The position numbers and the translations under genes were made by a program. From the NCBI GenBank assembly GCA_963766735.1, contig CAVYBU010000004.1, positions 240,175-304,174 on the forward strand: a DNA stretch of 64,000 nucleotides, in the 5' to 3' direction. The DNA comes from an uncultured Chloroflexia bacterium (GTDB lineage: Bacteria; Chloroflexota; Limnocylindria; Limnocylindrales; CSP1-4). Below the pieces are notes generated by a model. It did no database searches and had not been told where the DNA came from. It worked only from the letters and a program-made list of their open reading frames with translations. Positions within the stretch are counted from its first letter, which is position 1. Each line of letters starts with the position of its first letter. This document shows positions 55,947 to 64,000 of this stretch, piece after piece.

Positions 55947-57242
55947 ATGGAGCGCGCCGTCCTCGCGGTCATCTTCGGAACCTTCACGCTGCGTCTCGCG
56001 ACCGGCGTGACCGGCGCCATGCTGATCTACTACTACGCGGTCTTCCCCGAGTACGGCGGGGAGCCCGTGCAGGCGTGGCAGGTCGGCGTCCTGGGGGCGC
56101 TGTTCTACGCGTCGGAGCTGATTGGCTCGCCGATCTTCGGCATTCTGTCGGACCGGGTCGGCCACCGGCGGATCATGCTGCTCGGCCCGGCGTTCGGCGC
56201 GATCGCAGTCATCATCACCGCGTTCACGGTGAGCCTCCCGGTCATCGGCGTCACGCGCCTCCTCGAGGGCGCCTCGACGGCGGCGTCCGTGCCGTCGATC
56301 CTCGGGTTCATCGCCTTCGCCACCGCCACCAACGAGCTGATGCGCGGTCGGGCGGTGGCCCGGTTCGAGGCGGCGACCCTCGCCGGGCTCCTGGTCGGGT
56401 TCGTGGTGGCGGGCCCCCTCTTCGAGGCCTTCGGGCCGTCGGCGTTCATCGCCAACGCGATGGTCTACGGCGTCTCGTTCCTGATCTACCTGCGCGGCGT
56501 CCCGCCGGATGCGGAGCCGGAGCCCGCCGCCCGAAAGCACGAGCCCGGGGAAGGCCTGCGGCGGTACGTCCGCATCCTCCGCGGCAGCCACGTCTGGCTG
56601 CTGGCACCGACCTGGATCGCCATCAATGCCACCCTCGGCCTGTATACCAGCCAGACGCTGTTCCAGCTGGTCCGGGACCCGGATCCGGCGTTCTCCGCCC
56701 AGCAGCTGATGGGCGGCTTCGATCCGGCCCAGGTCAGCGTCGCGCTCGCCATCGGGGGCCTGCTGTTCTTCGCCGGCCTGCTCTACTGGGGCGGGCGCTT
56801 CCGGGACATGGCCCGGACCTCGATCATCGGCCGGGGGATCCTGGGCGGAGCCGTCATGCTGGTCGCCGGGGCCGGGATCAACCACGCCGCGGGGTTCCCG
56901 CTGCCGGTGCTGCTGGGGCTGGTCCTGATCGCTGCCGGGGGCCTGTTCGTGCTCGCGGGCGCCACGCCCGCGGCGATCGGCCTCCTCGCGGACATGACCG
57001 AGGCGTACCCGGACGATCGGGGGGCGATCATGGGTCTCTACTCGGTGTTCCTGGGCCTGGGTCAGATCCTGGGCAGCATCGCGGGCGGCGTGGCGGCCCA
57101 GGTTGCCGGCCTTGACGGCATCCTCATCGCGTCGCTGGTGCTCCTGGGCGTCGCGGTCATTCCGCTCCGACACCTGAGCCGGTACGAACACCACGTCGGC
57201 GCAGCGGCCGCACACGACGGTGGGATCTCGTCCGGTGGCTGA
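55947..57242 (+). CDS. MFS transporter
   Basis: GILSDRVGHRR motif A, about 12 TM, RGAIMGLYS; TACGCT -10 lies 7 nt before the ATG. Confidence 0.9.
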   Translation: MERAVLAVIFGTFTLRLATGVTGAMLIYYYAVFPEYGGEPVQAWQVGVLGALFYASELIGSPIFGILSDRVGHRRIMLLGPAFGAIAVIITAFTVSLPVIGVTRLLEGASTAASVPSILGFIAFATATNELMRGRAVARFEAATLAGLLVGFVVAGPLFEAFGPSAFIANAMVYGVSFLIYLRGVPPDAEPEPAARKHEPGEGLRRYVRILRGSHVWLLAPTWIAINATLGLYTSQTLFQLVRDPDPAFSAQQLMGGFDPAQVSVALAIGGLLFFAGLLYWGGRFRDMARTSIIGRGILGGAVMLVAGAGINHAAGFPLPVLLGLVLIAAGGLFVLAGATPAAIGLLADMTEAYPDDRGAIMGLYSVFLGLGQILGSIAGGVAAQVAGLDGILIASLVLLGVAVIPLRHLSRYEHHVGAAAAHDGGISSGG

Positions 57243-58911
57243 GCGGCCGCTCGAGCCAGAGCCCACCCTCAGACCCGCACGCCCAGCCAGGGGCGCCCGC
57301 GGAGCCGTCGTTGCGCCGCATCACCTGGCTACGGCCGCCGGCCTCTCGATCCTCGCGGCTGGCGGGCACGCCGTGGACGCAGCGATTGCCACCAACGCGG
57401 TGCTGGGCGTGGTCGTGCCCAACGGCTGCGGGATCGGCGGCGACGCCTTCTGGCTGGTCTGGGACGAGGCCGCGGGCGAGCAGGTCGCGCTCAATGGATC
57501 CGGCAGGGCCCCGATCGGCATCGACCCGGGCGGCCTCCGTGCCGCGGGCCTCGATCGCGTCCCGCTTCGCGGTCCCCTGTCGATCACCGTCCCCGGTGCC
57601 GTGCGCTCGTGGGCGGACGCCCACCGGCGCTGGGGCCGCCTCTCCAGGGATGCGGTTCTCGCCCCCGCGATTGAGCAGGCTGCAGCGGGGTTTCCGGCCT
57701 GGGACGGGCTCATCGAAGCCATCGAGGATACGGACCGGTCCATCGGGCACGACCCGTGGACGGGCGGGTTCCGCCAGGTCTGGCGTCCCGCGGGCCGGCC
57801 CTGGCGACCGGGCGAGATCGTGCGCCTGTCCGCGCTGGCAGGCACGCTCCGCACGATGGCTGACGAGGGCTTCGACGTCTACTACGACGGCCACCTCGGC
57901 GAGCGGATCGCCCGTGGCCTGGCCGCCGCCGGGGGCTCCCACACCGCTGCCGACCTGCGCGAGCACCGCAGCAGCTGGGAGCAACCGATCTCCACGACCT
58001 ACCGCGGCGTCCGGGTCACCACGCACCCGCCGAACAGCAGTGGGATCCTCGCCCTGGAGATCCTCAACATCCTCGAGGAGTTCGAGGCGCCGGAGGGAGC
58101 CCGGTTCGGAGAACGCGGCTGGGCGGACACCGCCTGGCTCCACAACCAGCTCGAAGCCGCCAAGCTCGTGTTCGCGGACAGGGACGCGCATCTGACCGAC
58201 CCGGCGTTCCGCGAGATCCCGGTCGACCTGCTGCTCTCGAGGCAGCGGGCCTCGGAGCTTGCCGCCCGTATCGATCCCGGGCGGGCCGATCCCGCTCCGC
58301 CGCCGGCCCGCACGCTCGTCGGCGACACCGTCTACCTGGCGGTCGTGGACGTGGACGGCAACGCGGTCAGCCTCATCCAGTCGAACGCCGCAGGGTTCGG
58401 ATCCGGCGTGGTGGACCCGCTCACCGGCGTGCATTTCCAGGACCGTGGCGCCTCGTTCTCCCTGGACCCCGCGCACCCGAACACGCTGCTCCCCGGCAAG
58501 CGAACGGCACACACGCTCCTCCCCGGGATGCTGTTTCGCGACGGCGAGCGGCGGCCGTGGGTCGTCGGCGGGTCCATGGGTGGCGACATCCAGCCCCAGA
58601 TCCACGCCCAGCTGGTGTCCTCGCTGGTCGATGGCGGGGCGGACGTGGCGACCGCCGTGGCCGCCCCGCGGATCACGGTGGAACCGGACGGGTGGCTGGC
58701 GCCCCCGATCGCGGTGCTGGCGGACGGCAATCCTGCCCACGGCGTGCTGGAAGGACTCCGGCGCCTCGGACACCGGGTCGCGCGGGTGCCGTACGACGGC
58801 GCCCTGGGCCACCAGCATGCCATCGAGCTGGTGGACGGCGGACCGGCGGCCGGCGGGAGCCTCGCGGCCGCGACAGATCCCCGGAGCGCCGGGCTCCCGG
58901 CCGTCCGGTAG
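57235..58911 (+). CDS. ggt: Gamma-glutamyltransferase family protein
   Basis: GGHAVDAAIA, GIGGDAF, TVPGAV, PPNSSG, GD|TVY autocleavage Thr, GFGSG and GSMGG motifs. Confidence 0.92.
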   Translation: MAERPLEPEPTLRPARPARGARGAVVAPHHLATAAGLSILAAGGHAVDAAIATNAVLGVVVPNGCGIGGDAFWLVWDEAAGEQVALNGSGRAPIGIDPGGLRAAGLDRVPLRGPLSITVPGAVRSWADAHRRWGRLSRDAVLAPAIEQAAAGFPAWDGLIEAIEDTDRSIGHDPWTGGFRQVWRPAGRPWRPGEIVRLSALAGTLRTMADEGFDVYYDGHLGERIARGLAAAGGSHTAADLREHRSSWEQPISTTYRGVRVTTHPPNSSGILALEILNILEEFEAPEGARFGERGWADTAWLHNQLEAAKLVFADRDAHLTDPAFREIPVDLLLSRQRASELAARIDPGRADPAPPPARTLVGDTVYLAVVDVDGNAVSLIQSNAAGFGSGVVDPLTGVHFQDRGASFSLDPAHPNTLLPGKRTAHTLLPGMLFRDGERRPWVVGGSMGGDIQPQIHAQLVSSLVDGGADVATAVAAPRITVEPDGWLAPPIAVLADGNPAHGVLEGLRRLGHRVARVPYDGALGHQHAIELVDGGPAAGGSLAAATDPRSAGLPAVR

Positions 58912-59023
58912 CGTCGCCGACCGTCCGGGAACGGGGATCGCGGGTGGTATCCTCGGGCGGCCGGTGGCAGGCTGCGCTCACAACCGAACTGCCGCCGGCG
59001 TCGACCGGAGTGCGGAGACACAG

Positions 59024-59296
59024 GTGACCTCGAACGTCGGGCAGAACTACCCCTACACCAGCGAGACGGAGGCGGATCGCGCGGGCCGCATCGCGTCGCT
59101 CGTCGCCGAGCGCGATGGCCTTGGCGACCAGTTGAAGGCGGAGACCACGCCGCTGGATGAGAACGACCGCTGGTGGGTCTACAAGTGCCCGTCGACCGGA
59201 TGTGCCGGGCTGCTCCACGCGGCCGGGTATGCCGCCGAGAAGCATGCCGTCTACGTGATCTGCGACGGGACCTGCGCCAAGACCTTCCTGCGCTAG
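59024..59296 (+). CDS. Small hypothetical zinc-ribbon protein, 90 aa
   Basis: KCPSTGC...ICDGTC Cys pairs; GGAG RBS; own TGGTATCCT extended -10 at 58945-58953. Confidence 0.7.
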   Translation: MTSNVGQNYPYTSETEADRAGRIASLVAERDGLGDQLKAETTPLDENDRWWVYKCPSTGCAGLLHAAGYAAEKHAVYVICDGTCAKTFLR

Positions 59297-59339
59297 GAGC
59301 CGCGCCGGGCGCCGTGCGCACCGCCACGACCACAGCCCG

Positions 59340-60146
59340 TTGACCGCCGCCGCCAGCGCGCCGCCGGACCTCCGCGCCGCTCGGCGCCGCCTCCTCCTCG
59401 ATACCGCCGGTATCGCCGTGTCTGCGATCGGCTTCGGTTTCGTGTTCGGGCTGGCGGCGCGGGAAGCCGGCTATTCGCCGATCGAGGCGTCGGCAATGAG
59501 CGTGATCGGGTTTGCCGGGGCGGCCCAGTTCGCCGCTGTCGGCTACGTGTCGGCGGGGCTCCCCTGGGCGCCCATCATCGTGCTCACCTTCTTCCTCAAC
59601 GCGCGCCACCTCCTGTACAGCGCTGCGCTGGCGCCGCGGCTCCGCGGTGTCCCGTTCATGCAGCGGGCTCTCATGGCGCACGTCCTGACCGACGAGGCCT
59701 TCGCGCTGGCCGCGACACACTTCCATCGCATCGGACGCGTGGACATCCCCGGGTACTGGATCGGGGCGATCCTCGGCGTGTTCATCCCGTGGAACGTGGC
59801 GACGCTGGCCGGCGTGCTGCTTGGCGGGGCGATCCCGGATCCCTCGGTGTTCGGGCTGGACGTCGTGTTCCCGGCGGCCATGGCCGGCCTGGCCGTGGGC
59901 CTGATCACCGGTCGCCGCGAGGTTGCGGCCGCAGGATCGGGCGCCGCCTTCGGCGTGGTCCTGTCGCTCATTCTGGGGCCGGCCATGGGGATCGTCGCCG
60001 GCGGGCTGCTGGGGCCGCTGGTCGGGATGGCGATGCCTGACGGTGGCCACCGCGGCGTCCCCGAGTCGGACCTCTCCGGCCTGCCGGTGGACCTGGACGA
60101 GGCCATCGCCGAGATGGACCAGCTCCCGGCGGAGGGCACCCGGTGA
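59340..60146 (+). CDS. azlC: AzlC family branched-chain amino acid exporter, large subunit
   Basis: FAGAAQF, NARHLLYS, LTDEAFA and FGLDVVFPA motifs. Confidence 0.9.
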   Translation: MTAAASAPPDLRAARRRLLLDTAGIAVSAIGFGFVFGLAAREAGYSPIEASAMSVIGFAGAAQFAAVGYVSAGLPWAPIIVLTFFLNARHLLYSAALAPRLRGVPFMQRALMAHVLTDEAFALAATHFHRIGRVDIPGYWIGAILGVFIPWNVATLAGVLLGGAIPDPSVFGLDVVFPAAMAGLAVGLITGRREVAAAGSGAAFGVVLSLILGPAMGIVAGGLLGPLVGMAMPDGGHRGVPESDLSGLPVDLDEAIAEMDQLPAEGTR

Positions 60147-60475
60147 GCACCGAGCTGGTCCTGCTGGCGGTCCTCATGGCCGCGGTGACGTATCCGTCGC
60201 GTGCGCTGCCGTTGCTCGCCCCGGGGATCGAGCGGCTGCCGCCCCGCGCCCTGCTCTATCTGCGCCTGGTGGGTCCAGCCGTCCTGGCCTCGATCGCCGC
60301 GGTCCAGTCGCTGGTGGTGCCCGCGTCGGAGACGTCGTGGACGATCGACCCGGGGGTGATCGCCGTCGGCGTGCTCGCCTGCGTCGCGATGGTGGCGTGG
60401 CGGCGGAACCTGCTCCTGGGGCTGGTCGCCGCGACCGTGACCGTGGCGGCGCTGCGGTTCATGGGGATCGGCTAG
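60143..60475 (+). CDS. azlD: AzlD domain exporter, small subunit
   Basis: VTYPSRALP...PAVL...RNLL; GTGA overlap with azlC. Confidence 0.85.
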   Translation: MSTELVLLAVLMAAVTYPSRALPLLAPGIERLPPRALLYLRLVGPAVLASIAAVQSLVVPASETSWTIDPGVIAVGVLACVAMVAWRRNLLLGLVAATVTVAALRFMGIG

Positions 60476-60482
60476 CCCTGGC

Positions 60483-60869
60483 TCAGCCCCGGCGTGCGTC
60501 CGCCTCGATCTCCACCAGCAGGCTCGGCCGCATCAGGCCCGCGACCACCACGAGGGTGGCCGCCGGGCGCACATGCATGAAGATCTCGCCGTGCACCGCG
60601 GCCACGGCATCGGCGTCCGCGGCATCCGTGATGTACATCCGGGTCCGAACGACGTCGTCGAGCGCGAAGCCGGCCTCCATCAAGGCGCCCTCGATGATCG
60701 CGAATGCCGCGCGGGCCTGCGCGGCCGCGTCACCCGGGTGGAGCGACTCGCCGTCCGGACCCGCGTCCGTCGTCCCCGCCACGTAGCACGTGTCTCCCAC
60801 GGCCAGTGCTCGCGAGTAGCCTCCGCTCTCCTCCCAGGGACCGCCGCTGGCAACGTGCGTGCGGTTCAC
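60483..60869 (-). CDS. RidA/YjgF family protein
   Basis: GYSRA, VAGTT, DVVRTRMY, RPAAT and VEIEADA motifs. Confidence 0.9.
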   Translation of the reverse strand: MNRTHVASGGPWEESGGYSRALAVGDTCYVAGTTDAGPDGESLHPGDAAAQARAAFAIIEGALMEAGFALDDVVRTRMYITDAADADAVAAVHGEIFMHVRPAATLVVVAGLMRPSLLVEIEADARRG

Positions 60870-62122
60870 GACGCCGCCGCGGCCGCAGCGGCCGCTTCGC
60901 GCCCTGCCCGCCAGGCGCGGATCTCGGGATCACGCCCGATGGTGGCGATCAGCCCGGCCAGCAGCACGGTCCGGGGCACGATCGAGGCGACCTCCAGGTA
61001 CTCGCCCGGAGAGTGGTCCAGCCCGCCGATCGGGCCCATGCCGTCGAGGGTCGGCACGCCCATGCCGGCCGTCGTGTTCGCGTCGGAGGCGCCGCCGGTC
61101 GCAGCGTCGCGCAACGTGAACCCCAGGTCCGCCGCCAGCGCGACCGCGTGGTCCACGAGCCTGCCGGTTCGCTCGAGCTTCTCCATCGGCCAGTGGCGGC
61201 CGGTCTCCTCGACCTCGACCGTCACGTCCGGCACGGCACGGGGGTGCGCGATCGCGCGGATCGCCGCCTCGGCCTCCACGAGCGAGTCCCGGGTCACGGC
61301 ACGGACGTCCACTTCCATGGCGCACCGCTCCGAGACCACGTTTGGCCGCGTGCCACCGGCAATCACGCCCACGTTGACGGTCACGCCCGGCCAGCGACCG
61401 TTGAGCCCGTGCAGCTCCGTCACGATCCGGGCGGCCTCCAGGATCGCGCTGCGGCCCTTCTCGGGCTCCACCCCCGCGTGCGCCGCCCGGCCGTTCACCG
61501 TGATGACCAGGTCGAGCGTCCCCTTGCGGCTGGACACGATGTCGCCGTTGGCGCGCGCGCACTCCAGCACGAGGCACGCGTCCGCGTCCGTTGCCAGGCG
61601 CCGGATGTGCGGCGACGACACCGGCGAGCCGATCTCCTCGTCCGGGTTGGCGACGAACACGAGCCTGGCGAGCGGGAGGCCGCCGAGGGCCTGGCGAAGG
61701 GCGCCGATCGCGTACAGCCCCGCGAGGAGACCGCTCTTCATGTCGGTGACGCCGGGGCCGGTGGCGATCCCGGTCTGGATCTCGAACGGGCGGTCCTCGG
61801 CCGTGCCTTCCTCGAACACGGTGTCCATGTGACCGATGCAGAGCAGGACGGGACCGTGAGGATCCGATCCGGCGATCTCCGCGACGATCGTCTCGCCCAG
61901 GCCCTGATCGTTGCGATGCATGGTGACCCGCCCGCCGAGGGCTCGGAGCCGCTCGGCCGTCCAGCGGCCGATCACGTCCACGCCCTTCTTCGTGTAGCTC
62001 CCGCAGTCGGTGTTGACGAGGCGCTCGAGGTCCACCAGGAACGCGGGCTCGGCGGCCTCGACGGCGGAGCGGAGACGAGCGATCTCGTGGGGGGTGAGCA
62101 GGGCAGGTGGGGTCGGCAGCAT
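60866..62122 (-). CDS. M20 family metallopeptidase (glutamate carboxypeptidase-like)
   Basis: GHMDTVF, GPGVTDMKSG, DEEIGS, GRAAHAG, GGASDAN and HSPGEY motifs. Confidence 0.9.
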   Translation of the reverse strand: MLPTPPALLTPHEIARLRSAVEAAEPAFLVDLERLVNTDCGSYTKKGVDVIGRWTAERLRALGGRVTMHRNDQGLGETIVAEIAGSDPHGPVLLCIGHMDTVFEEGTAEDRPFEIQTGIATGPGVTDMKSGLLAGLYAIGALRQALGGLPLARLVFVANPDEEIGSPVSSPHIRRLATDADACLVLECARANGDIVSSRKGTLDLVITVNGRAAHAGVEPEKGRSAILEAARIVTELHGLNGRWPGVTVNVGVIAGGTRPNVVSERCAMEVDVRAVTRDSLVEAEAAIRAIAHPRAVPDVTVEVEETGRHWPMEKLERTGRLVDHAVALAADLGFTLRDAATGGASDANTTAGMGVPTLDGMGPIGGLDHSPGEYLEVASIVPRTVLLAGLIATIGRDPEIRAWRAGREAAAAAAAAS

Positions 62123-62215
62123 GAAGCCAGTCTACCGAGGCCCCATCCCGGCGCCGCTGGTCGCTCGCAGAACGGGCCAGAGCGCGAGCTCCCGCTCCTC
62201 TATCCTCGCCGGACC

Positions 62216-64000
62216 GTGCGACTCATTGAGATCCGGCTGCTCGAGGGACCCAACGTCTACCGGCTCCTGCCGGTGGTCAAGGTCGAGGTCGCGGTCGGCC
62301 GCACGCGGACGTGGTCGGGCTCCCGGACGCCGGGCAGGGCGGCGCTGGTCCACCTGGGCCGGATCGTCCCGGTGCGCGAGTGGCCCGACCCTGTCGCGGA
62401 CCTGGTCGCATGGACCAGGCGTCTTCGTGCAGACCATGGCGAGCGGGCCGCCGGCCCGTGCCAGGTGCACCGGGCATCCGACACGGGCCGCTGGGTCATC
62501 ACCTGGCCGTGGGCGGGCGCGGAGCGGGCCCGGACAATCGCCGAAGCCGCCTTCGACCTGGCGTCACGCTCCGTCTCCCCCGGCCGCCGCGTCCGTCTGA
62601 CCAACACCCAGGCCGACGCGGTCGCGCGATGGACGGCGCGGGTGACCGCCGCCTCGACCGTGCCGCCGGCCTGGGTCCGTGACGAGGACCGCCGGATGCC
62701 CGCCGTGTCGATCACCGGCACGAACGGCAAGTCCACGGTCACCCGGCTCATCACCCATGTCCTGCTGCGGACAGGGCTCCACGTGGGAAGCACAACCTCG
62801 GACGGGATCCTCGTGGATGAGCGGCTGGTGGAGGCCGGCGACTGGACCGGTCCCGGCGGCGCGGTCGCGATCCTCCGGCGACGCGATGTGGATGTCGCGG
62901 TCCTGGAGACCGCCCGCGGCGGCCTTGTGCTGCGGGGTATGGGTTACGAGTCCAACGATGTGTCCGTGTTCACCAACGTGTCTTCGGACCACCTGGACCT
63001 CGGCGGCGTGCACACCCTCCCGGAGCTGGCCGAGCTCAAGGGGACCGTGTGCCGGATCACCAAGCCCGACGGCTGGGTGATCCTCAATGCCGATGACCCG
63101 CTGGTCGCCGCGGTGGCTCGTCGGGTCCGGGCGCGCGTCTCGTACTTCTCGATGTCACCCGACGATTCGCCGCTTCTCGCCCGGCACCGGCGCTCCGGCG
63201 GCCGCGCGCACGTCCTGCGCAACGGTCACCTCGTCGAGTGGGACGGATGGGACGAGCGGGAGATTCTCGACGTCGCGGAGCTCCCGGTCGCCATCGGCGG
63301 GATCGCCCGCCACAACGTCGCCAACGCGCTGGCGGCGGCGGGCGGGGCGCGCGCGCTGGGCGCAACGCTGGAGCAGGTTGCCGACGGCCTGCGGGACTTC
63401 CTCCCCTCGGCGGACCTGTCGCCGGGTCGGATGAACGTGTTCCGTCTCGGGCGACGGACGATCATCGTGGACTTCGCCCACAACGAGGCTGGCACCGAGG
63501 CGATCCTGGACGTCGCGGAGGGCCTCGCCGGAGGCGAGGCAGGCGACGCGAACGGGAACGCGATCGGAGGCGCTCCAGGCGACGCGGCTGGGAACGCGGC
63601 CCGAGGCGCCGCAGTCGACGCGGCCCCGATCACCGCGATCATCGGCACTGCCGGAGACCGCCCGGACGACACGCTGCGCGGGATCGGGCGCCTGGCCGCG
63701 GGGCGCGCCGGGCGCGTGGCGATCAAGGAGACCCTCAGCTATCTGCGGGGCCGGGAGCGAGAGGACGTCATCCGGATCCTGCGTGACGGGATCGCCGAGG
63801 GTGGCATGGACCCCGAAGCCGTGCCCGTCTACGAGACGGAGCCCGGGGCGCTGGAAGCCGAGCTGACGGGTTCAGGCGCAGCGGCGACCGGCGACGGGCC
63901 CGACGCGCCGCGGGTCATCGTGCTGTTCTGCCACGAGGCGCGCGAGGAGGTGTTCGCGCTGCTCGAACGCCTGGGGGCACGGCCGCTGGACGCGGTCACG
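62216..64000 (+). CDS. Cyanophycin-synthetase-like Mur ligase lacking the ATP-grasp domain (truncated by window end, at least 595 aa)
   Basis: Manual translation: VRLIEIRLLEGPNVY (CphA N-terminus), then after about 160 aa SITGTNGKSTVTRL, GDWTGP, LETARGG, TNVSSDHL, NADD, PGRMN, DFAHN and AGDR; absent from the ORF track because no stop is reached. Confidence 0.85.
   Translation, partial: MRLIEIRLLEGPNVYRLLPVVKVEVAVGRTRTWSGSRTPGRAALVHLGRIVPVREWPDPVADLVAWTRRLRADHGERAAGPCQVHRASDTGRWVITWPWAGAERARTIAEAAFDLASRSVSPGRRVRLTNTQADAVARWTARVTAASTVPPAWVRDEDRRMPAVSITGTNGKSTVTRLITHVLLRTGLHVGSTTSDGILVDERLVEAGDWTGPGGAVAILRRRDVDVAVLETARGGLVLRGMGYESNDVSVFTNVSSDHLDLGGVHTLPELAELKGTVCRITKPDGWVILNADDPLVAAVARRVRARVSYFSMSPDDSPLLARHRRSGGRAHVLRNGHLVEWDGWDEREILDVAELPVAIGGIARHNVANALAAAGGARALGATLEQVADGLRDFLPSADLSPGRMNVFRLGRRTIIVDFAHNEAGTEAILDVAEGLAGGEAGDANGNAIGGAPGDAAGNAARGAAVDAAPITAIIGTAGDRPDDTLRGIGRLAAGRAGRVAIKETLSYLRGREREDVIRILRDGIAEGGMDPEAVPVYETEPGALEAELTGSGAAATGDGPDAPRVIVLFCHEAREEVFALLERLGARPLDAVT

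Noticed and set aside
63541-63600. Imperfect duplication (AGGCGACGCG...GGGAACGCG) in the CphA-like gene
   Set aside because: A short Gly/Ala low-complexity loop insertion with no sign of separate function
146-63786. Hundreds of long alternative-frame and antisense ORFs in the track (e.g. 1527-3989-, 15050-18025+, 45053-47521+, 54896-57115+)
   Set aside because: These are Arg/Pro/Gly-rich shadow ORFs expected at very high GC, where stops are scarce; each overlaps a motif-supported gene

Overview
Very GC-rich (about 70% or more, by eye) bacterial chromosomal segment of mostly housekeeping genes. It is probably from a monoderm lineage such as Chloroflexota; this is inferred from a Trp T-box, a heliorhodopsin, class I LysRS and many apparently leaderless genes, and is not proven. 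In order it contains: the aro operon (aroA end, aroE, aroC, aroK-aroB fusion, aroQ, chorismate mutase, gluQ-like); cydABDC; a T-box-controlled trp operon with a single TrpC-TrpF-TrpB fusion ORF; a heliorhodopsin downstream of a MacB/FtsX-type ABC exporter cluster split around tRNA-Ser(UGA); greA-lysK-serS; hppA-uppP-argR; lepB and a degenerate frameshifted Mrp/NuoN-like gene; ndk; coaX-coaBC-panB-panC with no panD; an RpiR + KamA-like radical SAM + class III aminotransferase module; gdhA, degV, MFS, ggt, azlCD, ridA and an M20 peptidase; and, running off the right edge and missing from the ORF track, a cyanophycin-synthetase-like protein lacking its ATP-grasp domain. No integrase, transposase, CRISPR array or rRNA was seen. 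The best leads are the non-lysine KamA-like aminomutase/beta-transaminase module, the ATP-grasp-less CphA-like ligase, the TrpCFB fusion, an unassigned ~210-nt structured element between argR and greA, and several candidate regulatory leaders. All family calls come from motif recognition by eye; no searches were run.
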